64,000 bases of DNA, from positions 1 to 64,000 of the forward strand of contig RDNZ01000007.1 of the NCBI GenBank assembly GCA_011364905.1, written 5' to 3'. Positions 46,863 to 57,081 of this stretch are shown piece by piece. Positions within the stretch are counted from its first letter, which is position 1. The number at the start of each line of letters is the position of its first letter. Below the pieces are notes generated by a model. It was not told the origin of the DNA and did no database searches. It worked only from the letters and a program-made list of their open reading frames with translations. Origin of the DNA: Candidatus Thorarchaeota archaeon (GTDB lineage: Archaea; Asgardarchaeota; Thorarchaeia; Thorarchaeales; Thorarchaeaceae). The position numbers were made by a program, and so were the translations under genes.

Positions 46863-48533
46863 ATGATTGTAGAATGTAGGATAGACGATCTCCTATCATT
46901 GATCGGCAAGAAACTAACCCATCGACAACTGGAAGACACACTCTTTCTAATCAAGGCGGAGATAGAGAAGCTTGAGGGGAACATTGTGGAGATAGAAGTG
47001 AATCCAGACCGCCAAGATATGCTCTCGACTGAAGGCATTGCAAGGGCGGTTAGGTCATTCCTAAGAATAGACTCTGGTCTCTGGAAGTATCCAGTCCGAA
47101 AATCCGGAAAGCAAGTCATCGTCAAGCCAGGTCTCAGCAAAATAAGACCATTCATTTGCTGCTCAATCATTAAGGGAGTTCCTTCAGATGATGAACTAAT
47201 CAAGGAGTATATGCATCTGCAAGATGCTCTGACTTCCACACATGGAAGAAACAGAAACAAAGCTAGTATTGGTCTCTATGTCTATGATGACATTCAGTTC
47301 CCAGTAATCTATAAGCCACAAAAACCGGAGAAGATAAAATTCATACCTCTTGGCTATGAGAAGGAGATGGATGGTCCAACAATCCTAGCTGTTCACGAAA
47401 AAGGAGTTGAGTTTGGACCAATATTGCAGAATCACAGTAAGTGGCCTCTACTAATTGACTCCAAAAACCAGGTGCTAAGTCTACCACCTATTATCAATAG
47501 TAATAACTTAGGCAGAATGACCACTGAAACAAAGAATCTTTTCATCGAAGTCACCGGGACTCATTTACCGACTGTTGACCAAGCATTGAACATCATCACT
47601 GCGTCTCTTGCAGAAAGAGGAGGAAAGATCGAGTCGGTCAATGTTGTGTACCCTGACGGTTCAACTGAAGAGACCCCTAACTTCAAGCCTGAAGGAATGA
47701 AACTAGATATCAGAGAGATCAATCGCATGATTGGGCTTGATTTGACAGGAACTGAGATTATCCAAGCTTTAGAGAGGATGGGTTACGGAACAAAAATGCT
47801 GAGGTCCAAACAAGTCCAAATCCTAATTCCACAAGTACGAATGGACATTCTTCATCCAGTGGATATTATCGAGGATGTTGCTATCGGATATGGATTCGAT
47901 AACTTGAAACCAGCAATGCCTCAAACAATGACGGCGGGCAAGACAAATCCGGTGACTCGGGTTAAAAACAAGCTAAGAGATCTAATGGTGGGAATGGAGT
48001 ATAATGAAGTCATGAACTACATTATGACATCTCCGGAACTCTTGAATGACAAAATGCTTCGGAACCGACTCATGATTACCACAGGAAATCCGAAAAGTCT
48101 GAGCTACTCTGTTCTTCGGAATTCGCTCCTGCCAATTCTTCTTGATTTCACATCACAGAATCAACATGCTGACTATCCACAGAAAGTTTTCGAGGTGGGA
48201 GACATTGTGATTCCTGATGAGACCAAGGAAACATGCGTGGACCAAGTCCCATCAGTGTGTGGCTTAGAGAGTGATGTTAAGGTGAATATTACTAAACTCA
48301 TGTCCGAGATAGGATTCCTATTGCGGAATTTGGGATTGGGCGAGCGTTTCAAATTCGAATCAGAGAAGAATACAGATTTCATTGAAGGTAGGTCTGGATG
48401 TATCAAAATCGATGGAAAGACATGGGGCATCTTTGGAGAGATTTCTCCCGTGATACTTTCAAACTTTGGTATCGGATATCCTATTGTTGCATTTGAGATA
48501 TTCTTCCCGAGAGAGATTGATTGGCTCATGTAA
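46863..48533 (+). CDS. pheT: phenylalanine-tRNA ligase beta subunit
   Basis: PDRQDMLS.EG, SLPPIINS, RMDILHPVDIIEDVAIGYG, LRNSLLP. Confidence 0.95.
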   Translation: MIVECRIDDLLSLIGKKLTHRQLEDTLFLIKAEIEKLEGNIVEIEVNPDRQDMLSTEGIARAVRSFLRIDSGLWKYPVRKSGKQVIVKPGLSKIRPFICCSIIKGVPSDDELIKEYMHLQDALTSTHGRNRNKASIGLYVYDDIQFPVIYKPQKPEKIKFIPLGYEKEMDGPTILAVHEKGVEFGPILQNHSKWPLLIDSKNQVLSLPPIINSNNLGRMTTETKNLFIEVTGTHLPTVDQALNIITASLAERGGKIESVNVVYPDGSTEETPNFKPEGMKLDIREINRMIGLDLTGTEIIQALERMGYGTKMLRSKQVQILIPQVRMDILHPVDIIEDVAIGYGFDNLKPAMPQTMTAGKTNPVTRVKNKLRDLMVGMEYNEVMNYIMTSPELLNDKMLRNRLMITTGNPKSLSYSVLRNSLLPILLDFTSQNQHADYPQKVFEVGDIVIPDETKETCVDQVPSVCGLESDVKVNITKLMSEIGFLLRNLGLGERFKFESEKNTDFIEGRSGCIKIDGKTWGIFGEISPVILSNFGIGYPIVAFEIFFPREIDWLM

Positions 48534-48636
48534 AATAACATACTGAAGGTTTGAGAATCTCCGAAGAAAAGATATAAGACAAAACCTGTGAACTGTCAGA
48601 GTAAGTCCGGTAAGTGATAACCCAAGGTGCTCCTGT

Positions 48637-49233
48637 ATGGCTCAGAGCAATGACACCACAGCTGCTGCATCCGACGACGGATTTGAAGGATACAAGTTTA
48701 GAATAGTTTTGTTAGGAGAGGCAGCCGTAGGCAAAACATCGCTCGTGAGGAGATACACTGAGAATGTCTTTGATGAGGAGTATAAGCAGACCATCGGAAC
48801 AACATTCGCAACAAAAGATATCGATGTGACCGATGGTGAGGGCAACGTTCGGACAGTTCGTTTGAATATATGGGACATGGGCGGACAATCAACCTATAGA
48901 GAACTCCGCAGGCAGTTCATGAAAGGAGCCTCTGGGGCGGTAATCGTCTACGATGTAACCCGTCCGGAAACTTTCATGGCAATGAACAATTGGTTTGAGT
49001 CATTCAAAGAGGTGTGCCCAGATTCGCCGGTTATCATTAGCGCAAACAAAGTGGATCTATCAGAGAACAGGATGGTCCCTCAAGAACCCGGAATGATGCT
49101 GCGTGATTGGTTTCAGGCAGAGTATTTTGAGACTTCGGCGAAGACTGGCGACAAGGTAAACAATGTATTTACACGAGTTGCAGAGGTTGTTCTGGAGAAG
49201 GCACTATCTGAGAGCAAGAGTCCTTTGATGTGA
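48637..49233 (+). CDS. Rab-like small GTPase
   Basis: GEAAVGKTS, TIG, WDMGGQ, NKVD, ETSAK. Confidence 0.92.
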   Translation: MAQSNDTTAAASDDGFEGYKFRIVLLGEAAVGKTSLVRRYTENVFDEEYKQTIGTTFATKDIDVTDGEGNVRTVRLNIWDMGGQSTYRELRRQFMKGASGAVIVYDVTRPETFMAMNNWFESFKEVCPDSPVIISANKVDLSENRMVPQEPGMMLRDWFQAEYFETSAKTGDKVNNVFTRVAEVVLEKALSESKSPLM

Positions 49234-49248
49234 CCCTTTCCGGGTGAG

Positions 49249-49671
49249 GTGAAGGTGAACGTGATAGTAAGGGACTTCATGACATCATTTATTGTCACAG
49301 CTGATGCAGATACTCTTGTAGTCGATGCCGCGAAATTGATGGCAGCAGAGGATGTTGGCAGCCTGCTCGTTACAAAAGCAGATGTTCTTGCTGGGATGAT
49401 TACAAGACGCGAAGTAATTGGTGCTCAGCTTCTATCGGATAAAGCCTATCATTCTCTGTGCGTAAAAGACATAATGACAACTCCTGTTGTAACAATTGGA
49501 CCTGAAGCTGATCTTGGTCAAACCATCGCGTTGATGAATCAGACAGGAGTACGTCATGTGCCAGTCATTGAAGGAAACGACATAATCGGACTTGTTGCGT
49601 CAACAGACATAATCAGAGTACTGGCAACAATGAAGCTAATCGCTGATGGTGCGCCGGCAATCGAAGATTAA
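49249..49671 (+). CDS. CBS-domain pair protein
   Basis: VRDFMT...VGSLLV..GMIT; VKDIMT...HVPV..GLV..DI. Confidence 0.9.
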   Translation: MKVNVIVRDFMTSFIVTADADTLVVDAAKLMAAEDVGSLLVTKADVLAGMITRREVIGAQLLSDKAYHSLCVKDIMTTPVVTIGPEADLGQTIALMNQTGVRHVPVIEGNDIIGLVASTDIIRVLATMKLIADGAPAIED

Positions 49672-50366
49672 CCTATTTTGTATTTTGAAGCTTCAGCTCT
49701 GATCTCTTTTTTCAGTTGGATTATATCACGCGCTTGCATCTCTTTGCGTTTCTGATAACCTCCAACGATTCCAGCCCACCTATCGATATGAACCATAATG
49801 GGATCGCTTGGAACAATTTTCATTATAGCAGCTTTTGATTCTGCCAAAGCATCTAGGACATCTCCAGCTACACAACCCATCTTTAGGGATTTAATTATGG
49901 AGTCGAGATGTCCTGCAATTTGCAGTGATCGGTCAGCTGAAAGCGAGGAGGGAGCAGCTGAAGGCGCCGGAGTTGGTTCAGGTCTGGATGCAGGAGCAGG
50001 TTCCGGTGCCGGAGCGGATCTTGCAGGTGTGGGGGCTACCTGTACTGGCACGGGTTCGGGAACCGGCATATTCTGAATGATCTGTAGCATCTCATTTCGT
50101 AGGTTCTCGATGGACTGCTGAATGAAGACGCGGATTGCCCCGACCTCCTGCACGACCATGTTTGCCAAGTCTTCCTGATTATCAGGAGCTGGAGCGGCTT
50201 GAGCTTGATTACCCAGAGCAGCAATAATCTCGTCCTTAGCAGTTCGTACCTCAGATTTGATCTCGGTGACTGTTCCTAGAATGGTGATCATTCGTTTGAG
50301 AGTTTCACCAAGTTGGTTGATGCTTTCTTCAATCTTCATCAAACGGCTAAGGAATTGCTCTGCCAT
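49668..50366 (-). CDS. hypothetical coiled-coil protein with Pro/Ala linker
   Basis: heptad-like N-terminus, PAPEPAP linker, helical C-domain. Confidence 0.75.
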   Translation of the reverse strand: MAEQFLSRLMKIEESINQLGETLKRMITILGTVTEIKSEVRTAKDEIIAALGNQAQAAPAPDNQEDLANMVVQEVGAIRVFIQQSIENLRNEMLQIIQNMPVPEPVPVQVAPTPARSAPAPEPAPASRPEPTPAPSAAPSSLSADRSLQIAGHLDSIIKSLKMGCVAGDVLDALAESKAAIMKIVPSDPIMVHIDRWAGIVGGYQKRKEMQARDIIQLKKEIRAEASKYKIG

Positions 50367-50552
50367 AGTATTCACCAACAGTCGACATTTCATCCGAATA
50401 TGGAAAATGCCCACTATAATCCTTGCTATGACGAACCCAGAATGAGATTGTGAGTACTATGAAATTTTGGATATTACGAGGATATACTCAGAACTATTAT
50501 TAACCAAAAAGCCGGCAAAGATACTTGGCAGTGAAATCTAGGACGTAGTACC

Positions 50553-51152
50553 ATGTCGATGGATGATGCTAGTCACATGTTTAAGCTGGTTGCGCTGGGA
50601 AATGGCGCTGTTGGCAAGACTAGCTGTATTAAGAGGTACACGGAAGATAGTTTCAGCGAGCGGTACATTGCAACAATTGGCACCACATTCGCCCTGAAGA
50701 CTGTGAATACTGTTTTGCCAAGTGGAAGTACTGTAACTGCACGAGTTGTTCTTTGGGATCTTGCAGGGCAGCCCACATACAACGAACTGCGACGCAGGTA
50801 CATGGCTGGCGCATCAATGGCAATCATTGTATATGATGTAACACGGCCTCAAACGTTCTTGGATATAGGTGAATGGTTCACCAAGTTTATCACTGTGTGT
50901 CCCAATGCTGTGGTCGCGGTCGTAGCCAATAAGATAGATCGTGAGGACAGACTTGTTCCTCCAGAAGCAGGCAAGATGGTCACCCAGTGGTTGGATGTAG
51001 TACATTACGAAACTTCAGCCAAGACCGGAGAGAATGTCAACATTCTCTTCACAGAATTGGTGCAGAAAGCAATTGCCAAACAAGCAGAAACTGGTCCACT
51101 TGATTCAACATCAGGGGATCAACCACCAAAACCATTCAAGCTAGGAGTCTGA
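50553..51152 (+). CDS. Rab-like small GTPase
   Basis: GNGAVGKTS, TIG, WDLAGQ, NKID, ETSAK. Confidence 0.92.
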   Translation: MSMDDASHMFKLVALGNGAVGKTSCIKRYTEDSFSERYIATIGTTFALKTVNTVLPSGSTVTARVVLWDLAGQPTYNELRRRYMAGASMAIIVYDVTRPQTFLDIGEWFTKFITVCPNAVVAVVANKIDREDRLVPPEAGKMVTQWLDVVHYETSAKTGENVNILFTELVQKAIAKQAETGPLDSTSGDQPPKPFKLGV

Positions 51153-51175
51153 GAGGGACACTAGGAAGGATATGA

Positions 51176-51712
51176 ATGGTTTCGACAACCAAATATTTAG
51201 AAGGATTAATTGGGCATCTTTTTCTCTTCTTAGTTAACTTCTCCGTCCTAGTAGGGATTATTGAGAGTCTTCAGCTTTTTACTCCGTCACTACCAATCCT
51301 CAATGCTCTGGTCCTGGGATACATGCTTGCTCACACATTCGTACTCCTCACTGTGCAACAAGGCATTCAAATTCTGGAGCTTATTAGAATGCATCTACCC
51401 ACCGTGTTAATTCTTTACTACTTTAGAATCAGTGATCAGGAAACTATTCAGGTTCCGCTGTTTGACCCCACAAAAAGTCGATTGGCAGTTCTAATTGTTC
51501 TCCTTGTGATAACAGGCGGACCAATACTCTACCCAATTTTCGCAATCTACGGATTTCTTCTCGTTTGGGGACACCTCACAATCATTGCACTAGATCCAGC
51601 AAGAATTGTTCAATACTTTGGTATATTCCTCAACTATGCACCTCCTTTGTTACTCATTGTAGCAGGAGCCATAGTCATCTCAATTGTGATGATTGAAAGA
51701 AGACATGTCTGA
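51176..51712 (+). CDS. hypothetical membrane protein
   Basis: several hydrophobic helices. Confidence 0.7.
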   Translation: MVSTTKYLEGLIGHLFLFLVNFSVLVGIIESLQLFTPSLPILNALVLGYMLAHTFVLLTVQQGIQILELIRMHLPTVLILYYFRISDQETIQVPLFDPTKSRLAVLIVLLVITGGPILYPIFAIYGFLLVWGHLTIIALDPARIVQYFGIFLNYAPPLLLIVAGAIVISIVMIERRHV

Positions 51713-51721
51713 GGCGCTGAT

Positions 51722-53005
51722 TCAAGAAACAATGATTGTATCTGCCCTATCCGGGCCGATTGAAACCAGTTTCACCTGTGTGTTCGTTAATTTTTCAATA
51801 AACGCAAGGTATCTTTTCAGTTGGACCGGCAAATCGTGCAACGACTCTAATTCTGATAGAGATAGGTCATCAAGTGTCCACCCTTCTAACTCTTCATAGA
51901 TAGGAACTACGTTTGACAGAGTGGTAGCATCGGCAGGGAAATTCGTGGTTTCTTCGCCGTCTACATCGTAGGCGACACAGACTTTCAAGGGATTGATTCC
52001 CGTCAGAGCATCAGCTTTTGTAACTGCCAGAAACTTGCCACCATTGAGCCTGACCGCATACCGCAACGCAACAATATCCAACCACCCGCATCTTCGAGGC
52101 CGACCTGTTACTGTGCCATACTCTCTGCCTTTATCGCGAATTCTTAGACCAACGCTTCCTTCAACCTCTGTTGGAAAAGGGCCGGTTCCGACTCTAGTCA
52201 GATACGCCTTGCAGATACCTAACACAGACTCGAGTTTCGAGAATGGAACTCCAGTTCCGATTGATGCAGCGGCAGAAATACAATTAGAACTTGTGACAAA
52301 AGGATAGGTCCCATGGTCAATATCAAGTAGAGTACCTTGAGCTCCTTCAAATAGGACACGTTTTCCTGCACTCATCTCCTTCTCCAAGAAGACGCCACTG
52401 TCTCCAACATAGGGCAAAAGGCTCTTGACAGCAGAGGTAAAAGACTCCAATGAAGGACCATTTTGTGTATCCACATCTGCATGATGAACTGCCTCAATAA
52501 TAGACCTCGATGAAGCTTCAAGAGATGACCATTGATCACCTGAATGGTTTCTGAAATCGCAAAATCGAACACCGACACGAGACACCTTGTCAGAGTATGT
52601 AGGACCAATTCCTCTCCTCGTGGTACCGATCATCTTTCCTCCTTTAGATAACTCATTAAGGCCATCAATCTGAATGTGATACGGTGTGATGAGATGCGCT
52701 CGGTCACTGATTAGCAGGTTAACCTCGATTCCGGCCTTCCTCAAGGCGTTAATCTCATCTAAGAGAATGATGGGATCAACCACAACACCATTTCCAATCA
52801 CTACACTTTTTTTGCGTATAGCGCCAGTGGGCATAATTCTAAACTTGTGTACCTTCTCGCCTATTTTCACAGTATGCCCTGCGTTACTGCCACCTTGAAA
52901 TCTAACTACAATGTCAAAGTCCTCTGAAAGTACATCGACTATCTTGCCTTTGCCTTCGTCGCCCCACTGCAGTCCGACGACGACCAAGCTTTGAGAGGAG
53001 TTCAT
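51722..53005 (-). CDS. purA: adenylosuccinate synthetase
   Basis: QWGDEGKGK, GGSNAGHT, EGAQG, TRVGTGPFPTE, GTVTGRPRRCGW. Confidence 0.97.
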   Translation of the reverse strand: MNSSQSLVVVGLQWGDEGKGKIVDVLSEDFDIVVRFQGGSNAGHTVKIGEKVHKFRIMPTGAIRKKSVVIGNGVVVDPIILLDEINALRKAGIEVNLLISDRAHLITPYHIQIDGLNELSKGGKMIGTTRRGIGPTYSDKVSRVGVRFCDFRNHSGDQWSSLEASSRSIIEAVHHADVDTQNGPSLESFTSAVKSLLPYVGDSGVFLEKEMSAGKRVLFEGAQGTLLDIDHGTYPFVTSSNCISAAASIGTGVPFSKLESVLGICKAYLTRVGTGPFPTEVEGSVGLRIRDKGREYGTVTGRPRRCGWLDIVALRYAVRLNGGKFLAVTKADALTGINPLKVCVAYDVDGEETTNFPADATTLSNVVPIYEELEGWTLDDLSLSELESLHDLPVQLKRYLAFIEKLTNTQVKLVSIGPDRADTIIVS

Positions 53006-53110
53006 AGAGTGAGACCTTCGTTCGTTGTAGATAATAGTTATGCCTTGTTTCAGACTTTTGTGTTATGCAGGTATTTAAATTCCAGAGCTAGTTTATGGAG
53101 TCGAGAGACT

Positions 53111-54463
53111 TTGAAGAAATCAGATGTTGTTATCGTTGGTGCAGGATCAGCAGGATGTGTCACAGCTAGAAGATGTGCTGAACTTGGACTGAAGACACTG
53201 CTTTTGGATAGAAAGCCTCAGGAAGAAGTCGGGCAGAAAGTATGCGGCGACGAGGTTAGTAAAACACACTTTGAGGCAACAGGAATAGACTACCCTGAGG
53301 GTGATGAAATATCGTCAGCCATTTTAGGCGCAGATGTCTATCCTCCAAACAGAAAGAACGAATTACAGGTCAGAGGATGGACTGAGTTTGACGGTTGGAC
53401 TGTGAACAGGCTCATTTGGGGGCAAAGGCTACTAAAGGATGCTATCGATGCAGGTGTCAAATTCCTGCCCAATATCCATGTAGCCGAACCTGTGGTGAAT
53501 TCGGACCGTGTCATAGGTGTTGAATACAAAGACCTCGAATCTGCGGAAACTGTCGTTGTTAGTAGCAAGATAGTCGTTGATGCAAGCGGATTTGCAGCAG
53601 TTATAAGAAACAAGTTGGAAAGCCCTCTCATTGAAAACAACATTGACAAAGAGGACGTTGCCCTCTGTTATAGAGAGATTCTGAAGCTGAAGATGCCTTT
53701 GGCTGAACCCGAGGTTGCTCGTGTTTTCCTTGGTGGAGAAATAGCACCAAAGGGCTACGCATGGATTTTCCCCAAGGGGGTTCAAGAGGTCAATGTAGGT
53801 GTAGGCATAACAGGCGGTGAAGGACGCGGCTCACCAAAATCACACTGCTTTAAGTTCAAGGAGCAATACCCGTTGCTGTTCGGCAGCAAGGTAATAGATG
53901 GAAAGGGAGGTGCAGTGCCAGTCAGGAGACCCCTCAAGAGTCTTGTTGGAGATGGTATTGCATTCGTTGGAGACGCCGCACTGCAAGTCAATCCAATCCA
54001 TGGTGGAGGCATTGGAGCAGGCATGAGAGCAGGAATCATCCTTGGTGAAGTTGTGAGAGGAGCAATTGCAAAACGAGATCTTTCAGCGGCGGGTTTATGG
54101 TCATATAACATGCGATACCTTCCTAACTTCGGACGCAGACTAGCATCTCTTGAGGTCTTCAAAAGACTCCTCCAAGCAGTATCAGATGAAGACATGAACT
54201 TCGGTTTTGAAAGAAGACTACTCGAAGCTGAAGACTTGATGGCTGCAAACCGTGGTGATGGGATTTCTCTCAGCATTGTTGAAAAAATGAAGAGAGTAAA
54301 AAGAGGAGCAGGCAGAATATCTCTTCTAATGAAGTTGCAGAAGGCAGCAGGGCTCATGAAAAAGATGAACAAAGCTTACAGTAACTACCCGACCAGCCCA
54401 GATAGACTTGATAGTTGGGAAAAGTCAGTCTTGAGCATTATAGAATCGGCAACTTTCAAATAG
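53111..54463 (+). CDS. geranylgeranyl reductase (DGGGPL reductase family)
   Basis: DVVIVGAGSAG, GYAWIFPKG, VGDAA..VNPIHGGGI; TTG 53111 chosen as start. Confidence 0.88.
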   Translation: MKKSDVVIVGAGSAGCVTARRCAELGLKTLLLDRKPQEEVGQKVCGDEVSKTHFEATGIDYPEGDEISSAILGADVYPPNRKNELQVRGWTEFDGWTVNRLIWGQRLLKDAIDAGVKFLPNIHVAEPVVNSDRVIGVEYKDLESAETVVVSSKIVVDASGFAAVIRNKLESPLIENNIDKEDVALCYREILKLKMPLAEPEVARVFLGGEIAPKGYAWIFPKGVQEVNVGVGITGGEGRGSPKSHCFKFKEQYPLLFGSKVIDGKGGAVPVRRPLKSLVGDGIAFVGDAALQVNPIHGGGIGAGMRAGIILGEVVRGAIAKRDLSAAGLWSYNMRYLPNFGRRLASLEVFKRLLQAVSDEDMNFGFERRLLEAEDLMAANRGDGISLSIVEKMKRVKRGAGRISLLMKLQKAAGLMKKMNKAYSNYPTSPDRLDSWEKSVLSIIESATFK

Positions 54464-54471
54464 AGAAGAAA

Positions 54472-54492
54472 GATGGTCTTTGCGAGACCATC
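54472..54492. terminator. hairpin between convergent GGR and radA
   Basis: GATGGTCT-TTGCG-AGACCATC. Confidence 0.5.
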
Positions 54493-54512
54493 AGTTTCTG
54501 CAAAAATGAATT

Positions 54513-55565
54513 TTAGACGTCACGTATGCCATCCTTAACAACAGTGAAAACTGCTTCACCCTCGGGAAGGTTGGGAGAATCTACTAGCCGGCAGATTCTT
54601 CGTTCACCTTTTGATTTTCTGAGATAACAACGGGTCTGTGGCACATGTGCAAGGACATGACCACCTACAGGAGCTGTTGGGTCTCCAAAGAATGCATCCG
54701 GCCGGGACATGACTTGATTGGTGATATACACCGCCATATTGTTGATCTCCGCACCTCTCTGGAGATGGTGGAGATGCTTGTTTAATTTCTGTTGTCTTGC
54801 TGCCAGGGTACCTCTACCAGTATATTCCGCTCTAAAGTGACTCGTCACGGAGTCAACAACCAATAGTCTGGCATTCTGGTCAGTTGCCATTTCCATGGCT
54901 TGATCGCACAAAAGGATTTGATGGTCCGAGTTGTACGCGCGAGCCCACACGACATTCTTCAGAACTTTGGCTGGGTCCATCCCATAGGCCTCTGCCATGT
55001 CAACTAAGCGCTCAGGCCGGAAAGTCCCTTCGGTATCCACATAGATTGCTTTTGCGCCAAGACCCCCCTCTTCTGGGGAACGCTGTACCATCACAGCCAA
55101 TTGATGTGCAATCTGAGTTTTTCCCGACCTGAAAGATCCGTACATCTCTGTGATGGATTGAGTTTCAAGGCCTCCTGCAAAAAGCTCATCCAAAGCCTTG
55201 GAACCTGTGGAGATACGACCAGCTGTTTTACGCCTTTCCAAAAGTAAATCGGCAGTCTCGAATCCAATGTCTAGCATCTCTCGAGCCGCTTTGATGATCT
55301 TTGTGGCCGTTGTCTCTCCAATTGAACCAGCTGCTGCTAGTTCTCCAGGGGATGCAACAGCAATTGCTTCTACATTCTTATAGCCCGATTCGGCTAATCG
55401 TTTTCCAATAGCTGGACCGACTCCAGGGAGATCGGTCACTTCAATCCCTGACACTCCAGCATCTTCGCCAGAAGTTTCAAGGGTTTCCTGATCATTCGCA
55501 TCGAACTCCTCGTAGTCCATTTCCTCTTCGTCTTTTTCTTCATCTGCTTCCTTTTTTGGTGACAA
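54513..55565 (-). CDS. radA: DNA repair and recombination protein RadA
   Basis: DLPGVG Hh[38 protein letters not shown]; acidic N-terminal extension. Confidence 0.96.
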   Translation of the reverse strand: MSPKKEADEEKDEEEMDYEEFDANDQETLETSGEDAGVSGIEVTDLPGVGPAIGKRLAESGYKNVEAIAVASPGELAAAGSIGETTATKIIKAAREMLDIGFETADLLLERRKTAGRISTGSKALDELFAGGLETQSITEMYGSFRSGKTQIAHQLAVMVQRSPEEGGLGAKAIYVDTEGTFRPERLVDMAEAYGMDPAKVLKNVVWARAYNSDHQILLCDQAMEMATDQNARLLVVDSVTSHFRAEYTGRGTLAARQQKLNKHLHHLQRGAEINNMAVYITNQVMSRPDAFFGDPTAPVGGHVLAHVPQTRCYLRKSKGERRICRLVDSPNLPEGEAVFTVVKDGIRDV

Positions 55566-55777
55566 GTAGAAGACCTCCCTATATCACCCAACATCTATCC
55601 TCAGACTTTGTTGAGCATGTAGACGTGATAATGTCGATTCACTGAGTATAAAAATAGCACTAGTGAACAGACCGAGTGATGAGTCTATAACTTCTCTAAA
55701 GAACTTGACTCTTCCTACAGAAAGAACTCTGGAATATTTCAATCATAAGACCAATGGTAACAAGGATCGAAAGCGTT

Positions 55778-56104
55778 CTAGCCGCGCGTTAGTGTGACTA
55801 AAATGAATTCCTCTTGGGGAGCGATTCGAATTCCACCCATGTTTGTCTGAATCTGAATGAAAGCCAGCTCGCCGCCTTCTTTAACACCCCGAACAATCTC
55901 CCATGTCTTACCAATCAGTGCGCTTAGAAGAGCCGAGATTTCTTCAGCCCTCTCAAGAGTCACACCCCATGTGTTGATTGGAAATCCTTCTGGACTAATG
56001 AAAAGAGCGGCATATACATCGGGAAACTTGCTTGTTATATTTTGAATAATCCTCTCGAATATCTCACGCTTTGGCATTGCTGGCATGTTTTTGTACACAT
56101 CCAT
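55778..56104 (-). CDS. roadblock/LC7 domain protein
   Basis: AALFISPEGFPI, ISAL.SAL, I.I.T..G.I.I. Confidence 0.8.
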   Translation of the reverse strand: MDVYKNMPAMPKREIFERIIQNITSKFPDVYAALFISPEGFPINTWGVTLERAEEISALLSALIGKTWEIVRGVKEGGELAFIQIQTNMGGIRIAPQEEFILVTLTRG

Positions 56105-56264
56105 AGCAGTTTCTGGGTGTTCTGGTATCTCAAAGGTGTTAAATGGACAAAGAAAAAGCTTGTTGTCATATAGCCAAGAGCTAGGAGTGAAACTATTTCA
56201 CTTGATTTCATAAAAAGAGAAACGCTTCCTGATTACCCTATCTGGATACGACTACCAAAACTAT

Positions 56265-56975
56265 TTGAAACACACTGGAACGTCATTCTTCGAACTCAAA
56301 GTAGGGACTGAAAACGAACTTACAATATTCCAAACCATGATGGTGAAACTAGTGAAATACCACGATGAGTTGCTAGAATTGGCAGGAGCGAGAGTTACTT
56401 TTTCTAGAGCAATTTCAAGACTTACTCCGGCTCCGCTAATCAATCTCTATGTTGGTATTATCTTTTCACTTACTTCACCAATAGGTCTCGGACCGTATCT
56501 TAGTCCTCTTCAATCTGTGTTGATCTGCCTACTCATAATGGTCATTCTCCCCATTGCTCCAATAGTCTTAGAGGCGTGGAGAGGAAATGTAGATCTCGAT
56601 GTGTCTAACAGAGAAAGCCGGACAAAGTTCTTTGTGTTTTCGATGATGTGCGATGTCTTAGCTTTTGTCGTCTATGGATATTTCAAATGTCATATCATGA
56701 GTACTCTTGCTGCAGCATACTTCTCTGTAACGTTTGGTGTACTGTTGGTCAGCTTGAGATGGAAGATATCAGTCCATGGAGCAGGGATAGGTGGCCCTGG
56801 TGCAGCTCTAATCTATGTCTATGGTCCTATTGCTCTCAGTGTCATCGCTGTTTGGGCATTGGTCATTTACTCTAGGGTCAAACTGAAACAGCATACACTG
56901 TTACAGTCAATTGCAGGCGTATTGATAGCAGTGATTATCTCATGGGCGACCTATGTTGCTTTGTACGCAGTATGA
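56265..56975 (+). CDS. PAP2-like membrane protein
   Basis: D...RE.R, WKISVH, SRVKLKQHT..Q..AG; true start probably ~56338. Confidence 0.7.
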   Translation: MKHTGTSFFELKVGTENELTIFQTMMVKLVKYHDELLELAGARVTFSRAISRLTPAPLINLYVGIIFSLTSPIGLGPYLSPLQSVLICLLIMVILPIAPIVLEAWRGNVDLDVSNRESRTKFFVFSMMCDVLAFVVYGYFKCHIMSTLAAAYFSVTFGVLLVSLRWKISVHGAGIGGPGAALIYVYGPIALSVIAVWALVIYSRVKLKQHTLLQSIAGVLIAVIISWATYVALYAV

Positions 56976-57081
56976 CAATCGAGATGCGATATGACGATTT
57001 TGTACGAAATCGATTCATATGTGAACTTTCGAATTTGTTAGATGCAGTTACGCCGCTGTCTAACTATAGGAATGTCTGTCA

